Positions 12,613-26,739 of a stretch of DNA of 64,000 nucleotides are shown in pieces. Position numbers and translations under genes: made by a program. Positions within the stretch are counted from its first letter, which is position 1. Every line of letters begins with the position of its first letter. Source of the DNA: Mizuhopecten yessoensis (Eukaryota); the NCBI RefSeq assembly GCF_002113885.1, contig NW_018404023.1, positions 97,113-161,112 of the forward strand, given 5' to 3'. The notes beneath the pieces are model-generated. The model worked only from the letters and a program-made list of their open reading frames with translations. It searched no databases and was not told where the DNA came from.

Positions 12613-13339
12613 TTATTAAAAAAGGGCATTAGAAGTGAATGCAATAATCGTCACATAATATTGAAAATATGCATCATACGGATTTGCATCATCGTTGTCT
12701 AAATCATTTTTTCACGAACAAGACGTTTCAATTTCTTACTTATCTGATACTTGACATTCACTATTGAGGATACATGAAATGTACTTGTGTATCTATGGGC
12801 TAATCTTCGTCATCTTGGTTGTAAAATACAACAATTTTACAGCCTGAATAATGTTATGATGATTATATCAATAAAAAGTTATGTCAGTTTTATAAAATTT
12901 TATAAAGTTTACTTATCGCAGTCAAACATTCGTTCTAGTAAATATAGACGTTTTCTTTTATACTGAAATTGTTTTTTTAATTCATTGCTCCAAGCCATTT
13001 CTATTTTTTATTTTTTATTGCTTTTATTTTGAAGAGTAACCACAATTTAAGATATAATGTGTAAGGTTATCATTCAGTTGTAATAAATTGGCTAATTTCA
13101 TGATAAATCATTAACCTAACGTCACCAATATATGCAAATTATATGCAGATTAACCTTATGACAATTGTTTAAAAATCGGCAAATTCATTGCATAACAGTT
13201 TTAAGATTTATGTAGAATATTCTTATTTGAAGCGTACGTAACGGTGACAAAGCGTTAAGAGGTTTATGAAGTGCAGCGCATAACGATACATACAAAATGT
13301 TAGTTGTTTTACAGTTATATGGCTGTGATTACAGCACCG

Positions 13340-13975
13340 TAGCGAACGTTTGTGGGGCAACAACGAAGTCTCTCTACTCCTGTCGTTGTTGGCCATTCTT
13401 TGTATGTTCACCCATGTTTTCTGATGTTCTTTCATCTCGGTCTCTATTGCACGCTCTTTGTCATCATAAAATGTTTAACGTTTAACCTCAGATGTCCAGA
13501 AGACGGCGATTTTTGTTATGCTGTTAGAGTCCTTTCTCAGTATAAGGCCAAACAATTTATGTCGCCTCCTCATAAATATGGTGCCACTATCGTCATGCAT
13601 GTTGACATCTGTTGACGCGGTACTGGTCTGATATGGTACAAGGACAAAAGATTCTTCGGACCTTCGCATACTTTGTGTTTGGAAAGTTGACAAGGTCATG
13701 CGTTAGCCTTGAGATCCTTATAGGTGTATTGGTAATATGCAGCTGTTGAAGATTTTGTTTTGATAGTGTATTTTCCTGATCTCCAATACGGTTCTTGCCT
13801 TTGAAAGCAGGGCTTGTATATCGGTCTCGACTCAACCACCTGTACCAGCTGAACTGTCCAGATTTCCATTTGTGTTCGTACTTATCATCTATCATAACTG
13901 GCAATGGATTGGTGATGTTGAGTTTCATAATTTTTGATTTTCTAATATTGATTTTCAATCCCCATTGTGCAGCAC
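13340..13975 (-). mobile_element. Decayed RTE-clade LINE, 3' part of the ORF
   Basis: Frameshifted peptides KINIRKSKIMKLN, RRHKLFGLILRKDSNSITKIAVFWTSEVKR and EMKEHQKTWVNIQRMANNDR match the RTE C-terminal consensus. Confidence 0.8.
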
Positions 13976-16900
13976 ATTTATGTAGAAATGTGGTTTTATC
14001 CTGTATCTGTAAGTGGATATGATTTGGTTTGTTTGTGTTTCACAACCTTTAAACAGTTATGTTTTCTTTAACTCATTCATTGGTGTTCATACTTTCTTGT
14101 TTCCTTTTGTTACGGTGATTCATCGGTTCCTAGATTTGTCTTTAAGCATCAACGATGAGTTCCGAGTTGTCCCGAGCGTTGGTAAAACTTTCTCTATTAT
14201 ATTTTAATCACGTGACAATTGTTAAACCTTTGTAACAACGCTTGTGTGAGATTTCCGTGTTGATCGGACGATATTATTCATGCTGATATTTTCAATCAAT
14301 TAATCAACCACTCCCGAAAAGTGAAACAAACATCGTCTCAGACTGTTAATTTAATTGTATATCCGTGTAAAGTAATTCATTAGAATTGTATTCAGTTTGA
14401 TAGATATGACCAGTGACAGGTACGTTGATTGACATATACCATCAAGGTAAACCTCAGGTAAGTATAAAGGCAGTTATAGACAGGGGTCTAGCGAATAGGT
14501 GGTGGTGTGTCATGTCAGCAGTAAATGTATTGTTTAACAGTAGTTTTACCGTTATGGTTGATATATTAATCATTTCTATGTGGTTAAAACAGATGTCGTA
14601 ATTTAAACTAAAATCTAGTCCATTTAACTGAATGACCTGGACGTCACGTCTACTTGAATAGACGCGAAATTTGAATAGTCATTAGCTGTACGATGCTACG
14701 TGTAAGAGATTGAATATTATATAGCTACGGTTAATATCTCCCTGGCACAAATACGCTTAAGCCCCTTATACCTTCCAAGTAAATTTAAAAAAAGGAACTT
14801 ATATTAGGAGACACTTAATGAACAGCAAAAATCTTGAAGCCACAGAAAAAGACAAAAGACAAACCAGGTTTCAAGAAATGTTAAGCATACCTGCTCCAGT
14901 TGTGGTACCTGTCGTGACGTCTCCTGTCAAATCCACGAAAGTACACAGGGACAGGTCAACAACAATCCAAAACTCAGCAAAGACATATTGATAATATTGT
15001 AGTGATAGACACTGAGATGGTTATGTTAAAGGTAGCTCATGATGATGACCATACACTATTTTCTACACATATATTCTTATTTGGCAAGGATGTCGATTCA
15101 AGGTTTTGTCTTAAAGTGATGAGGAACGATGACCTAACCCTAGACTTTATTTCTGCAAATGGCCAACTGAAGCATTAAAGTGGGCCCCCATCCTTTGCGT
15201 CTTTTCGTCTTCAAAAACAACAATAATACGGGTAGTTTAATGCCTTGTCAATATATCAACCTCCAAAAAGTGCCATTTGGGTATACAACATTGTCGAACA
15301 ATCCGAACTCTTAACTAATGCACTTTAAATGCGTTTATGTATTATGTTGTTATAAGCCCTGTTAGCAGTTATGACTTAATTTGTATATTTGTCAGGTAGG
15401 TTGTATAATTACTCCATCACAGTAGGGTGAAGTAAAACGATCTTTTTGACATTTTTGATCTCATCAACACTACATATTCGACTCTGTATCAGATGCCTAA
15501 TTGTTTTTCACTAAACCAGTCTAAAGAGATACCCACATGAACTTCTTGTTTGCCTCTTTTCCTACAAAAAAGAAAATGACAGCAATCATAAATATTTTGA
15601 AATTAAGAATCCATAATATAGATTCCACCCCGATGATTTTGGCCATGAAAAGTAAACATTTAGGTGTGTTATCAACAACCATAAATATGTGTTAGGAATT
15701 GAGTAATCTATTCACCACAGTCAATTCACTTGGTGTTTCACCTGCATCCGATATTAACGGTGCAATGATATAAATAAACCCTTCTTTAGTTCATATCATA
15801 CACGTGAAAGAACTGTTTTTGATAAATCATTTACAAATATAACTTAAAATACCTCAGAATTACGCCAATATGCAATTAATAAGTAAGTTTACCGTTGAAC
15901 TGTTATCAAATATTATAATGACCAAAAACAATTTCAAAGCAAAAAGAAGCCGCCAAATGCTGAATAAAGGGCCATTTGAAAATAAATGTGTAGACTGCAT
16001 ACACATACTGTTAGTAAAGATATTGGTTTTGATACTTCGTTTGATTACCTGAATCATGTCAAAAGTATTTGTATACTGAATCATGCGATAATAGATTTGC
16101 AAATATAAATTTGCCTGACATTCCTATGATTGCAAATGAAACATGAATAGCTGTAAATCCCATGTAAATTGAAAATCACTTCGTCACGATGAAATCATAG
16201 GTGAATTCATTAAGTACTCGATACTTTATTTGTCGTAACTTTAGCAAGGATTTTGTTACATGTATTTTACCTGATATACTGGAGTTATTTTACAAAAGAC
16301 ATCTTAGCAATTATTTTGATTTATGATCTTAACGCCATAAAACGTTAGTTGTTTTTGATATTAGGCGCCTTACTAGTTTTGAATAATTCTTACAGTAGGT
16401 TGGCATATATATATATATCAATTTAATTGTAGTGTACATAACTTTAATTTCCTAGAAGTGTGTCTTTTATTTTTATTCGGCTATTTTTTGGCTGCTAATA
16501 TTAAACATATGCCGGTAAGCGATTGGTGATTTGGCTTTAGGGATTGCGTCCTGTTCTTTATCCGGCAGCCATATTTGAATGCTGCTGGAAGCACTTGAGA
16601 TTTTGAAGTTAAACCTGTCAACTACCTACCCACACGCTAGATTACGAGTTTTGATTATACTGGGTGGTTGGCGGTTTTTTGGCAAACCAACTAAGGCTAG
16701 TTGATTATTTTTGTTTAAACTGTGTGGTGGTTGCTCCAATGTTTGTATGATGCAACTACGGAATGTTTGAATTTCTTTAAAGTAATATGATTTTTTTCAT
16801 TTTTTTCATTTTTTTTTTTTTGTGCTTAAAATAATTATGGGGTTCTAACTGAATTACAGCATGTAATTCAAATGTCACCATTTTAGTGGCCATTTTACGA

Positions 16901-16984
16901 ACATAAAAAGGATGATTCTGGTCTACCTGAGAACTACCAATACAATGCTTAGCTTTTGACATTTTTGATGTAATACATTTTATC

Positions 16985-17440
16985 AGGACTCCAAGCCGGT
17001 TTCATAAAAAAGTTTTGATTTTTTCGTCTGTTATCAGTCATTTAAGAAGCCGTTTTTTCTTTTTCATTAAATTTTATATTTATTGACTTTTCAGTACCAT
17101 TGATCAGGTCTTAGGATGCGGACTTTGGTTTAAGGAATATCAAAGAATATGTCATAACGTCTCAAATGTCCCAAAACATAAAATCATGTGTCAAGCGCAA
17201 TGGTATCATATCTCAATATGGTTTTTTTTATGAATTTGGAGTACGGCAAGGCGAAAATGTATCTCCTCCATTATTTTCACTTTATGTAAATGATTTGAGA
17301 AAAACGCTCAAAACAGCAATGGAGTTGCTATTAGAGATAGCGCTTTAACTGATTATTTAAGAACAGTGGCTTTATTATAGGCTTATGATTCTGTCAGGCA
17401 GCTTTGCTGAAAATTAAATTGACATGCAGAAATCGTTATC
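16985..17440 (+). mobile_element. Decayed non-LTR retrotransposon reverse-transcriptase fragment
   Basis: QAGF, FIDFS, KSCVK...GVRQGENVSPPLFSLYVNDL and a broken YADD motif occur in the expected order, with stops and frameshifts. Confidence 0.8.
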
Positions 17441-19826
17441 ATATTATTAATTTGCTATTTTGGTACACTTTATTGTACAATTCCCTCCAGGTGTTACTAA
17501 ATGGAGTATAAAAAACAACATTTGATTGAAACCACCTTCTAAATGTAAATTGAAGGTAGTATAATAAAACAACATTTGACCTACAATGCCTTCTTGGTGT
17601 CAAGTAAATGAAGTATAGTGGGTCGACATGTAGTTTGAAAATTACGTCTGTATTGTTACTGGAAGGGGTTTATTACCTGAAACGAAAGAGCTCCGCGTAT
17701 TTAAGCATTGCATTTGCGTAATGCAGTAATGTATCACCGTTAAAATTGTTTAGATATAGGACAGAATTTAACACAGTATCAAAGGCTCTGTATTCTAGCG
17801 TGAACATTTCGTGTGCCTGTTTGTCTTGATTGACTGGCAAAAAACCCAAACTGATGTTTATAAATGCGTGTATTCTCCAAAACCAAAATAAAACAATTTG
17901 CAAGCATAAAAGGTCGTCAGACCATCAGATGAAAATATATCTAAATAAATATATTTTATATAACTTTACCACGTAACAAAAGGTATATGTATTAGTTAAT
18001 GCTGACGTATGTTAAATCGGTACTTAACTGTGTGCATAGATATCAAAAGAAAAATAAACAAATGAAAACCCCAACTTTTAAGAAAATAAAACATTTCCTG
18101 TACTAAATGGAGCTCATTCTGTAAGGGGAACTTCAAAACATATAGACAGGTTTATAGTTATAAGGTCATTAAAGATGACGTCAGTAATAGTCATAAAACT
18201 TGACCTAAATATTCATAAATATATATAAACCATGAATCACACTGTATCACAATAACGAGGAATTAAAGTCCGACTGGTTTTGTTCAACTTCGAAAACGTC
18301 TTAACGTTAAAGCATATTTATATACCCCCACTTTATTTATAAATGAAAGTCGTTAGATTAACTTTTTTCTGTTTTCTGTAGAATTTGCCATCCAGTGCAC
18401 TAGTCTACAGGGAGTAAGTACGACAAGAATAGACTATTTCTATCTTCGGCATTTTCCGTAAACGTGCGGAAATGACGAGCCAATCAGGTAAGGGGTATTC
18501 TGCCTTGACCGCTCATTAGTGAATGCAATAATGAAAGATAAGACATGGCTCTCGATAGGTTTTCTGAACATACGACTCAGATATTTTTAATGGTTAAATA
18601 CGATATCAAGGGTTATACTTAAGTAAGTTTTGGGTAGTCGAAAAATTTCTCAACTGCACACTCCCATTGTGTAATGACAAACTACTTGACAGAACAATTA
18701 TATATCAAATGGTTTTACTTAAACTTGGTGTCAAATTAACTACGCTTTGATCATTTTGTTTCATAGTATAGTGCCCGAACCGTAAATCTGAAAACCTTGT
18801 GATATTACAATGACATATTAATCGTACTTTATGTAACAGTTCAAAATGATAAATACTCCTTATTAACCACAAGTAAATGTATGGCATCGCACATGCATGT
18901 TTCCTTTTATTAAATGTAATCAGTAATGTTGTAATGTAAGCATTTCAAAAAAGGGTGATGTACTGAAAACCATAAAAATTTGGTTTACGTGACAGTTATC
19001 GATATGTATGTCACAAAAATCAAAAGGATTGCAAAACATGTAAAGATATAATAGTGTGATGTCCTCTTCTAGGGGGTTCGGTGGGGGGATAATTGATTTT
19101 TTCTAGTCTTTATCAGGAACGTTGGACACGGTTCGGTCATGTAACCTGGTTTTCCCAACAAATCCAGTTCCTCCTGCACCTATGATAAATAGTGACAGCT
19201 TGTTTGACGTCAGTAAAAATCAAATTACTAATTTATCAAACACCTGCTCAATTTAGAATGCATGAACGGAATCGATTGATCAAATTTTTTTTTGAATATT
19301 AATTTCCCATAAAATTGTACAACTTAAAATTCCGTAAATATGACTAAGTGTTTTGTTTTTTATCATTTTTATTTCAATCACACGATATTACATAAGAATT
19401 ATGTAAAACAAATAAGCTGCTCTACGAAATCGATATATTTTGTATACAAGATTTTAAATTTGTTATGTGCTATGATATTGATGAAAAGATTATGAAAGTT
19501 TTCACTTAAGCGTTGCTCTGCCGTAAAAAAACACATCTGTGAACTTGGTGTCATAACTGACGAAAGGTCAAGATTATTTGTCTACGTTTTCAAGATTAAT
19601 GCGATTATTCAATCCATTTTGACATCTTGTCTATCTATGCAATCTGACGTCACAATGCCATTGTCTCCGGTCTTCATACTGACGACGTCACATTACTTCC
19701 ATGAATTTTGTCAAATTGGTCAATAGGTGTAGAATTTTGTGAAATGATTATACAATCATACAATCAAGAAAACAAACATATTAATAGTTGAAATGGCAAG
19801 ATTCGAAACCAAAAGGAGATCTTTGT

Positions 19827-19848
19827 AGAGAGAGAGAGAGAGAGAGAG
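19827..19848. repeat. (AG)n microsatellite
   Basis: Direct observation. Confidence 0.9.
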
Positions 19849-21689
19849 TTAAAAACTTGGAACACCATTCTTCTTGGTCACGTAGAATCAATTCAGCTGA
19901 TATGACGGCAGAGAGGGTTTGTTATTAAAACAAAGTAATTTCAAATATAGACATAGAGCGCTTAAATTGTTCACTGAACAATAATAAAACATGATTTTAA
20001 ATACCTCAAAAATGAGTAATATATCAAGATTATAATATTGATGATAGTTAATGCTAATAGACTAAGTGCCCTCGTCACCAGTGAATAACGTAGACATGTA
20101 AAACATGTAAACCCGAAAGAATTTTAGTTATACATTTATAGCCCAAATAGTTATTATTGAACAGCGTATTAATCAATACCTCTAATTTGTGAAAATTATA
20201 TAAGACATAAAAAAAGATTGAGAAGGCTTTCTAAAAACCATAAATCGATGGTTCAGCAGAATGGAATTTTCCTAGATTGATTTGCGGTTTTTAAGGACAA
20301 CTAAAACAAATCTGACGAATGTTGTTCAGTAACGCTAGCGTTGTCTATGACTTAACAAAATCATTGTGTCCTAAAATAAAGCAGGGACATTGCTTTACCT
20401 TTTTAAACTCTTCATTTGATTTCTTAGGTAAGGATGATAAGTTAACAGTAAGTCAACGCTTTAAATAAGATTGATATTTATAGAGGATCTTCTGATCTGA
20501 AAATAATTAATATATTGCAAGTTGTATTTGTTGTGGTAAAACGAGGCTGTGGTGAGCTGACAATAATTTTTACAGAACTAATCGGTTCCTCTCATATTTG
20601 TTATATCAGAGTATCTCCTTTAATGGATAGTTACAGTCATCAAAATAATGCCATTCTAATTACAAAACAAATACTTAATGTCATTCCTTGTTCATATGTT
20701 AATGGATTTAAAATCAAACAAAATCGGAACTACAAAATGCAGTTAGAAATTACAGTTTCGGAACGCTTTAGAAGGACATTAATGTCAATTTCGGGAATTT
20801 GCCAAAACTCTTTCTCATCTGTCCCAGAAAACGTTTTGTCTCATCAATTAAGATTAAATGAAAAAATAAGTCACAAGAGACATAACAGATGAGTTTTGGA
20901 TTTATTAGTGTTGTTTTGACTGTATACAGAAATACCAAGAAAATATCGGATTCATGAAGTTCATAAACTCTTACTACATGTAATAGTGCAATACAAAGAG
21001 CATGGAAAAGAATGCTTACTGATTATAAAAGAGGGTGATTATGTTGAAGAATTGAAGCAATAAAAACATACTGAAATATTACTATGAACATTGTAAAATA
21101 ATTATCAAACGGTCTGTTGCTGGCCCTTAATGCGGCGAATAAGGTCCAGCAAAAAAACGGTAAAAATGATCAGCCTTTTGCTACGATTAATTATCTGTTA
21201 ATTTGTATTTAACACTATCATTTCATGTTATACATATTTATCTATCTATAATCAGTTATTGAATCTTGTTCACATGTATCCGAAGTGAAATATGGTAGAA
21301 CTGTGTACTCATAATACCCATTTTTTGCTTCTTGACAAGCCAACATGCACCTCAAGAAACAACTATATTTGAAACTCCTTTTACGTGTCTTCTGTCGGCT
21401 AACACGCGGTGGTGTCGGAACATCGATTAATATTTGTGTGAAACGATTCATCATCCTAAAGATATGAGGGGAAAACTAAGTACGTGCAAATTATATATAA
21501 AACATTATCTAATTTTAATGATCATTATACCAAGGCATAATGCGTTCCACAAATTAAAAAGCAGAACATTTAAATATGAAGGTGAATCATACTGCATCGC
21601 CCCATTTATCACTGCGATCACTTCTGTAATCTTGATCTGTCCTCTTCTACGTATGACAAATCACCAGCAAGGGGCTGTTCGACTACGGT

Positions 21690-21812
21690 ATTATTTAACG
21701 TATATGTTAATTGTATTGATTGTATAAATTGAATATCAGTGGATTGTAAAGCGCTTTAGAGTGGCTTATTCTAGCTAGAATAGGCGCTATATCAAATGTT
21801 ATATATTCTATT
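21690..21812 (+). mobile_element. L2-type LINE/SINE 3' tail
   Basis: ttgtaaagcgctttagag...aggcgctatatcaaatg, the typical L2 terminal stem-loop. Confidence 0.5.
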
Positions 21813-22727
21813 TATGTAGTTCAAACGGGGATTTGCAAACCTGCATGAGCACGTACTCCTAAAAATATCAAGTGCTAAAAATAACAATATAATATCTTAT
21901 TCCCAGATCACCAAGCACGTGCATATACACTGTATTATTTTTTTATTTTATTTTATTATTATTTGTTTATTCAAAAGGAGGTACAATGTGCATAATTATA
22001 TAACAATATATATTTAATTCCTCAAAATAGGTGACATACGCATATACGGTCATACCTGTTTTAAAAAAAACACCCTTAAGAAGTCCAAGATTGGTATCTA
22101 AATGGTCTCTGAAATTGATATACAGGTTGATTGGACGATGCAATCACTCAATGAGGAAGTTAAAAGTGTAAGTGTTTTTTTATTAATAGAAGTGTTCGCA
22201 TAAACAGATTTTACACTGTACAAAAAAGTATATACAATTTTCAATATTGGTAGCACACGCACTGCATTGTCAGAACAGGTAGCAAATGCGTCCATAGTGA
22301 TAATAGAATATATTATCTTAACGAACACAGGTAGTTGGTACATATCATATCATAATAATGAAACATGTAATTCCAGATTAGGTAGCAAGAGAAAATATAT
22401 ATTTTATTATTTCACTTTTAGAACAGGTACAGCGTGTTTGTATATTAGAATAAAATTATAACGCCTTATTTATAGACCGCGGACCACATACACGTTTGAT
22501 GGCTTGCTATGTTTAATGTCATTTCTATAACAGGAAACAGTTGCATATGAAATATGAACTTCTAAGGAATAAAATTAAGTGCATATAGAATAATAAGAAA
22601 ATTATAATTAGCAATATAGGTAGGACGTTCATTGATCGCTACAGAAACCACGAGCATATATTACAATAAAGTAGTCAATCTTATTCTAAAACAGGTAGCA
22701 TGTGCATCTATAATTAGAGATTATCAC

Positions 22728-22898
22728 ATGACCATTTCCACATCATCGTACTCCGTATCAGCTCGAGACACGCATATCAGCCAGAGGGGCCAAGATTCTA
22801 ATATCAGCCCGTACTGATACACTTGTATGAGAGGTTCTGGCTGATACGGAGTACGATACGACATTGAGAATACGAAAAATAATATGGAAATGGTCATC
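22728..22898. mobile_element. MITE-like fold-back element
   Basis: Nested inverted repeats atgaccatttcca/tggaaatggtcat and atcgtactccgtatcagc/gctgatacggagtacgat. Confidence 0.7.
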
Positions 22899-23469
22899 AT
22901 GGTAACTTTTTATTATTATTTGTTTGTAGTAGAAAGTCGATAACTTGGAATTCTATAGTTGTCTTTATTTCTTAAAGCATATGAATTGTTTTCACCAACT
23001 AAGGGGATAATAAATTTGATAAAAAGCTTGGAGTCATTTTCATATTCATAAATATTAATAAATACTTTTTGTTGTCTATTACTTAAGTAGGTTTTTTTAA
23101 CCAGGACAAGAAGTCAGCTAAAATACCATATGATTATAACTTGAACAGTAGACCTTTATGCCAGACTCCGTCAAAGGCTTTAGAAATGTCCCAGAACATC
23201 ATACAAGTGTGTTTCTTTTCTTCTATGTCTTAACATGTGTTGTGATATATTTCTATTAGTTGATAAACTGTTGAATGACCGGGCATAAAACCAGATTGGT
23301 ACTGATAACATAAAGCATTTTCAAAAAAATAATTATGCAAGTGCTTAAAAATGACCCTTTCTTATACTTTACCGACAGTAGACAGAAGAGAGATAGGCCT
23401 ATAATTAGATTTAAAACACAGCTGTGATCTCATTCATTATTATTTGCGTACTATATCCAACATAATACA

Positions 23470-24845
23470 TAGGCATCACCTGTAGCCGTCCAATAAGTTA
23501 CCTCTAGCTGTCCTATAAGTACACAAAATAATCCACTTATTGGACAGCTACAGGTAACTTATTGGACGGCTAAAGGTAAGCTTTTGAATTAGCACAAAAT
23601 TATGCTATACAATGGAAAACATAGTAATAGAATAAATGTGAAAATAAATATTTATTAAATGTAACACAGAATTTAAATATCAACATTCTTATAGTATATC
23701 CGGTATTTATATTCCCATAGTCACATTTCCCATGCACTAAATTTTTTCCTTGAAAGAAGGTTTGAATCACGGAACACTCTTTTTACATGAAACATTGATA
23801 TAGATGCATACATATCCAAACACTTTACTGAGAGACACATTTCCAGCATTAACTGTAATCTCCTTTGAATTCGTAATTTTGGCAATAACACTTTAGAGTT
23901 GAGGGCAGTTGAAATCTTTCGCTTTCCCCACAATTTATGTGCACAATTTTGTTTTCGTATCATCCCTTGAGATATTCGTGTATAATCCCAGATATATAGC
24001 TGTGATATATCTTTGATGAACATATTCTGGAGGTGGTGTTGAAATCTTGAATTTTCTCACTTTAATTGTGTGGTTTAATTCTTTCATTTCATTTTCTCAC
24101 AGATATAATCCCAGAAATATACTGTAATCACTTTCTTCAATAGACCAATCACATTATTGGAATTTAATCCATTTCAATACTCATGCTGATGCTCAAAATG
24201 TACTGCACAGGGACTGTGTTGGGAACGCACCTTCACTCTTGGACGACACATACTGAACAGATATTGAGACTGTCCAATATTAACACAAAGAGTGTGTGTG
24301 TTTTAAGTAAGATATAAGCCGAAAACTGTCTATAATGTAACATATTGGACAGTCTGAGGCGCTACGTTTTCGGCTTATATCCTTTACAGAGAGTGCATAG
24401 TACCCTTTTTAAAAAGAGGCATGACTTTTGCTACTTTCCGGATATTTGGAAAGGTGCAAGTAGATATGGAAAAGTCAAAAAGACGTTCAAGAGGTTTAAA
24501 GACTGTATCAGCAGTGTATTAAGCATATGATGACTAACTCCATCCTCACCCGAGGCTTTCCCAAGCTTTTTAAAGAGTCACAAATTGCATTAGTATTAAT
24601 TTTTATAGAGTTAAAAGAGCTATTTGTTTTCGGCTCTAAAATAGGCGCATCAGTATTACTATCGTCAATATTAGTAATACTTCAAAAATATTCATTCAGT
24701 AGATTAGTTGTGTCTTTGTCATCAACTAATGGAAGACACAGCGGTGATGTTACAAGTGTCCAATAAGTTGCATGAACTGTCCAATAATCTTGACCAAATG
24801 CCCACCTGTCTAATAAGTGCTCAACTTATTGGACAGTTGTGACAT
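23470..24845. mobile_element. Probable non-autonomous DNA transposon with reiterated (CT)GTCCAATAAG motifs in direct and inverted orientation
   Basis: Motif clusters at 23478-23580 (hairpin), about 24270-24350 and 24757-24840; termini not defined. Confidence 0.45.
24400..24740 (-). mobile_element. CR1-type LINE ORF2 fragment
   Basis: Minus-strand translation KASGEDGVSHHML/TADTVFKPLERLFDFSISTCTFPNIRKVAKVMPLFKKG (pre-RT region), with one frameshift. Confidence 0.8.
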
Positions 24846-24928
24846 CACATTCTAGAAGAATTGATCCCAAGGTGGTAATTCAGCGATTAACATAATAAAA
24901 CGCATGACTTGTGAAGTATAATATTCAA

Positions 24929-25055
24929 TCAATATTTGGTAAGCCGTCCCTGCTGGTCATGTTGTAGGTTAAGATCAAGGAAAGTGGCTGGAGTAGAAGT
25001 GTCCTTGATTTCAAGATCAGAAGGGTATAAATGATTGATGTGGACAACATATTTT
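24929..25055 (-). mobile_element. Penelope-like RT fragment
   Basis: HLYPSDLEIKDTSTPATFLDLNLQHDQQGRL resembles the Penelope-type IYPxELEIKDT...ASYLDL motif. Confidence 0.65.
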
Positions 25056-25084
25056 TTGTTATTAAGAGGTAGTATGCGTATGCG

Positions 25085-26667
25085 CGTATGCGCGTGTTTT
25101 TCAGGGTATCCCGACATACCCTAGGTTTTATTCTAACACATACTTGCATCCAACATTTATTTATTAGCTAGGCGAAGCTCACAGGTAACTGATCTAAAGG
25201 AACTTTCTTTCTGTTCTGGGAGCCTGGCCCAATTCTTGGCATATAAACAACATATGAAAAGTGTAGAGAAGTGCTTTGTGAAATTTGAGAAAAAGTATTG
25301 ATGCAAGATTTTATGAAATAAAATAGAGTTATTTGCCTATCGACCTACCTTATTTTTCTGGTATGTTACCAAAAACAAACATAATGTTTGAACTGATAAT
25401 ACAAGTCCTGCAACGTTGTTCAATAAATTCAGCCAACTAAAAACCTATACTGTACAATACCAAATGGAGATCCGTTTCAACTTTGCATCTGTTCTATATA
25501 AGTAGAATTCATCAATATTACGAAACTATATTAATGACGATAACATATATATATATATATAAATATATATTCCGATGGGTTAAATATAAATATAAATTAC
25601 TGTTATTTATGAATACAAAGTATATTCACAAATGATTCATCATTATATGTGTTGTAGGAATGTAAATACTTCATTTAGATAATTTACATACCACAGACTG
25701 ACAGCAATAATGTTTGTTGTTTCGTAATTTCCGAAAGTGTTCATTGGACAACAGGTACAAGCCTCGTCTGTCAATACACTCATCAGATTATATTATGTGT
25801 GTATTGATAGGCGAGGCTTTTACCTGTTATTGGACAATGAATAAAGGGTTTTCAGTTGAGAATGCGTTCGTGCGTGTTTTTCAGGACAATCCCAAACATA
25901 CCTTAGGTTTTATTCCATAACAAACTTGCATCCAACATTCATTTATTAGCTAGGCAAAGCTCACAGACAACTGATTTATGAGACTTACCCCATTCTTGAC
26001 ACATAAATAGTCACTGCAATGTATTGAAGTGCTTTTTAAATTTGGGAACAAATATTGATGCAAGATTATAAAAATTGAAAAAATGAAAAATAGATTTATT
26101 TGCCTACCGACCTACCTTATTTTCGGTCATGTTACCAAAAACACACATAATGTTTGTACTGATAATACAAGTCCTGCAAAGTTCTTCAATAAATACCTAT
26201 ACTGTGCAATAACAAATGGAGATCCGTTTCAACTTTGCATCTCATTCATGCATATGCATTTTTGTTCTCGATACAAATATAATTCATCAATTTTGTGAAA
26301 CTATATTAATGACGATAACAAATATTTGTAAGTTGTTTACATACTTCACCTGATTATTAACAATAACAAAATTCCGACGGGTTAAATATAAATAGGAATC
26401 ACTGTTATTTATGAATACAAAGTATACTCACAAATGATTCATCATTATCTTCGTCTGTGAAAGGAATGTAAATACTTTATTTTAATAATTTGCACACCAC
26501 AGAATGACAGCAGTGATGTTTGTTGTTTCGTAATTTCCGAACGTGTTCATTGGACAACAGGTACAAGCCTCGTCTGTCAATACACTCATCAGATTATATT
26601 ATGTTTGTATTGATAGGCGAGGCTTCTACCTGTGATTGGCCAATGAATAAAGGGTTGTAAGTTGAGT
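25085..26667. repeat. Diverged tandem duplication, unit about 780-806 bp, each copy ending in a ~100-bp hairpin
   Basis: gcgtgtttttcagg...ttgcatccaacatt at about 25092 and about 25872; acaggtacaagcctcgtctgtcaatacac hairpin at 25740-25842 and 26546-26648. Confidence 0.9.
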
Positions 26668-26739
26668 CTGCATCGATCTAAAGATTAACAGGAGTTGAAA
26701 TTATTTGATTGAAATTTGCTTTTTTCAGGTTCCTAAATC

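Noticed and set aside
15050-16100. Possible DNA-transposase relic on the minus strand
   Set aside because: No convincing motif could be read.
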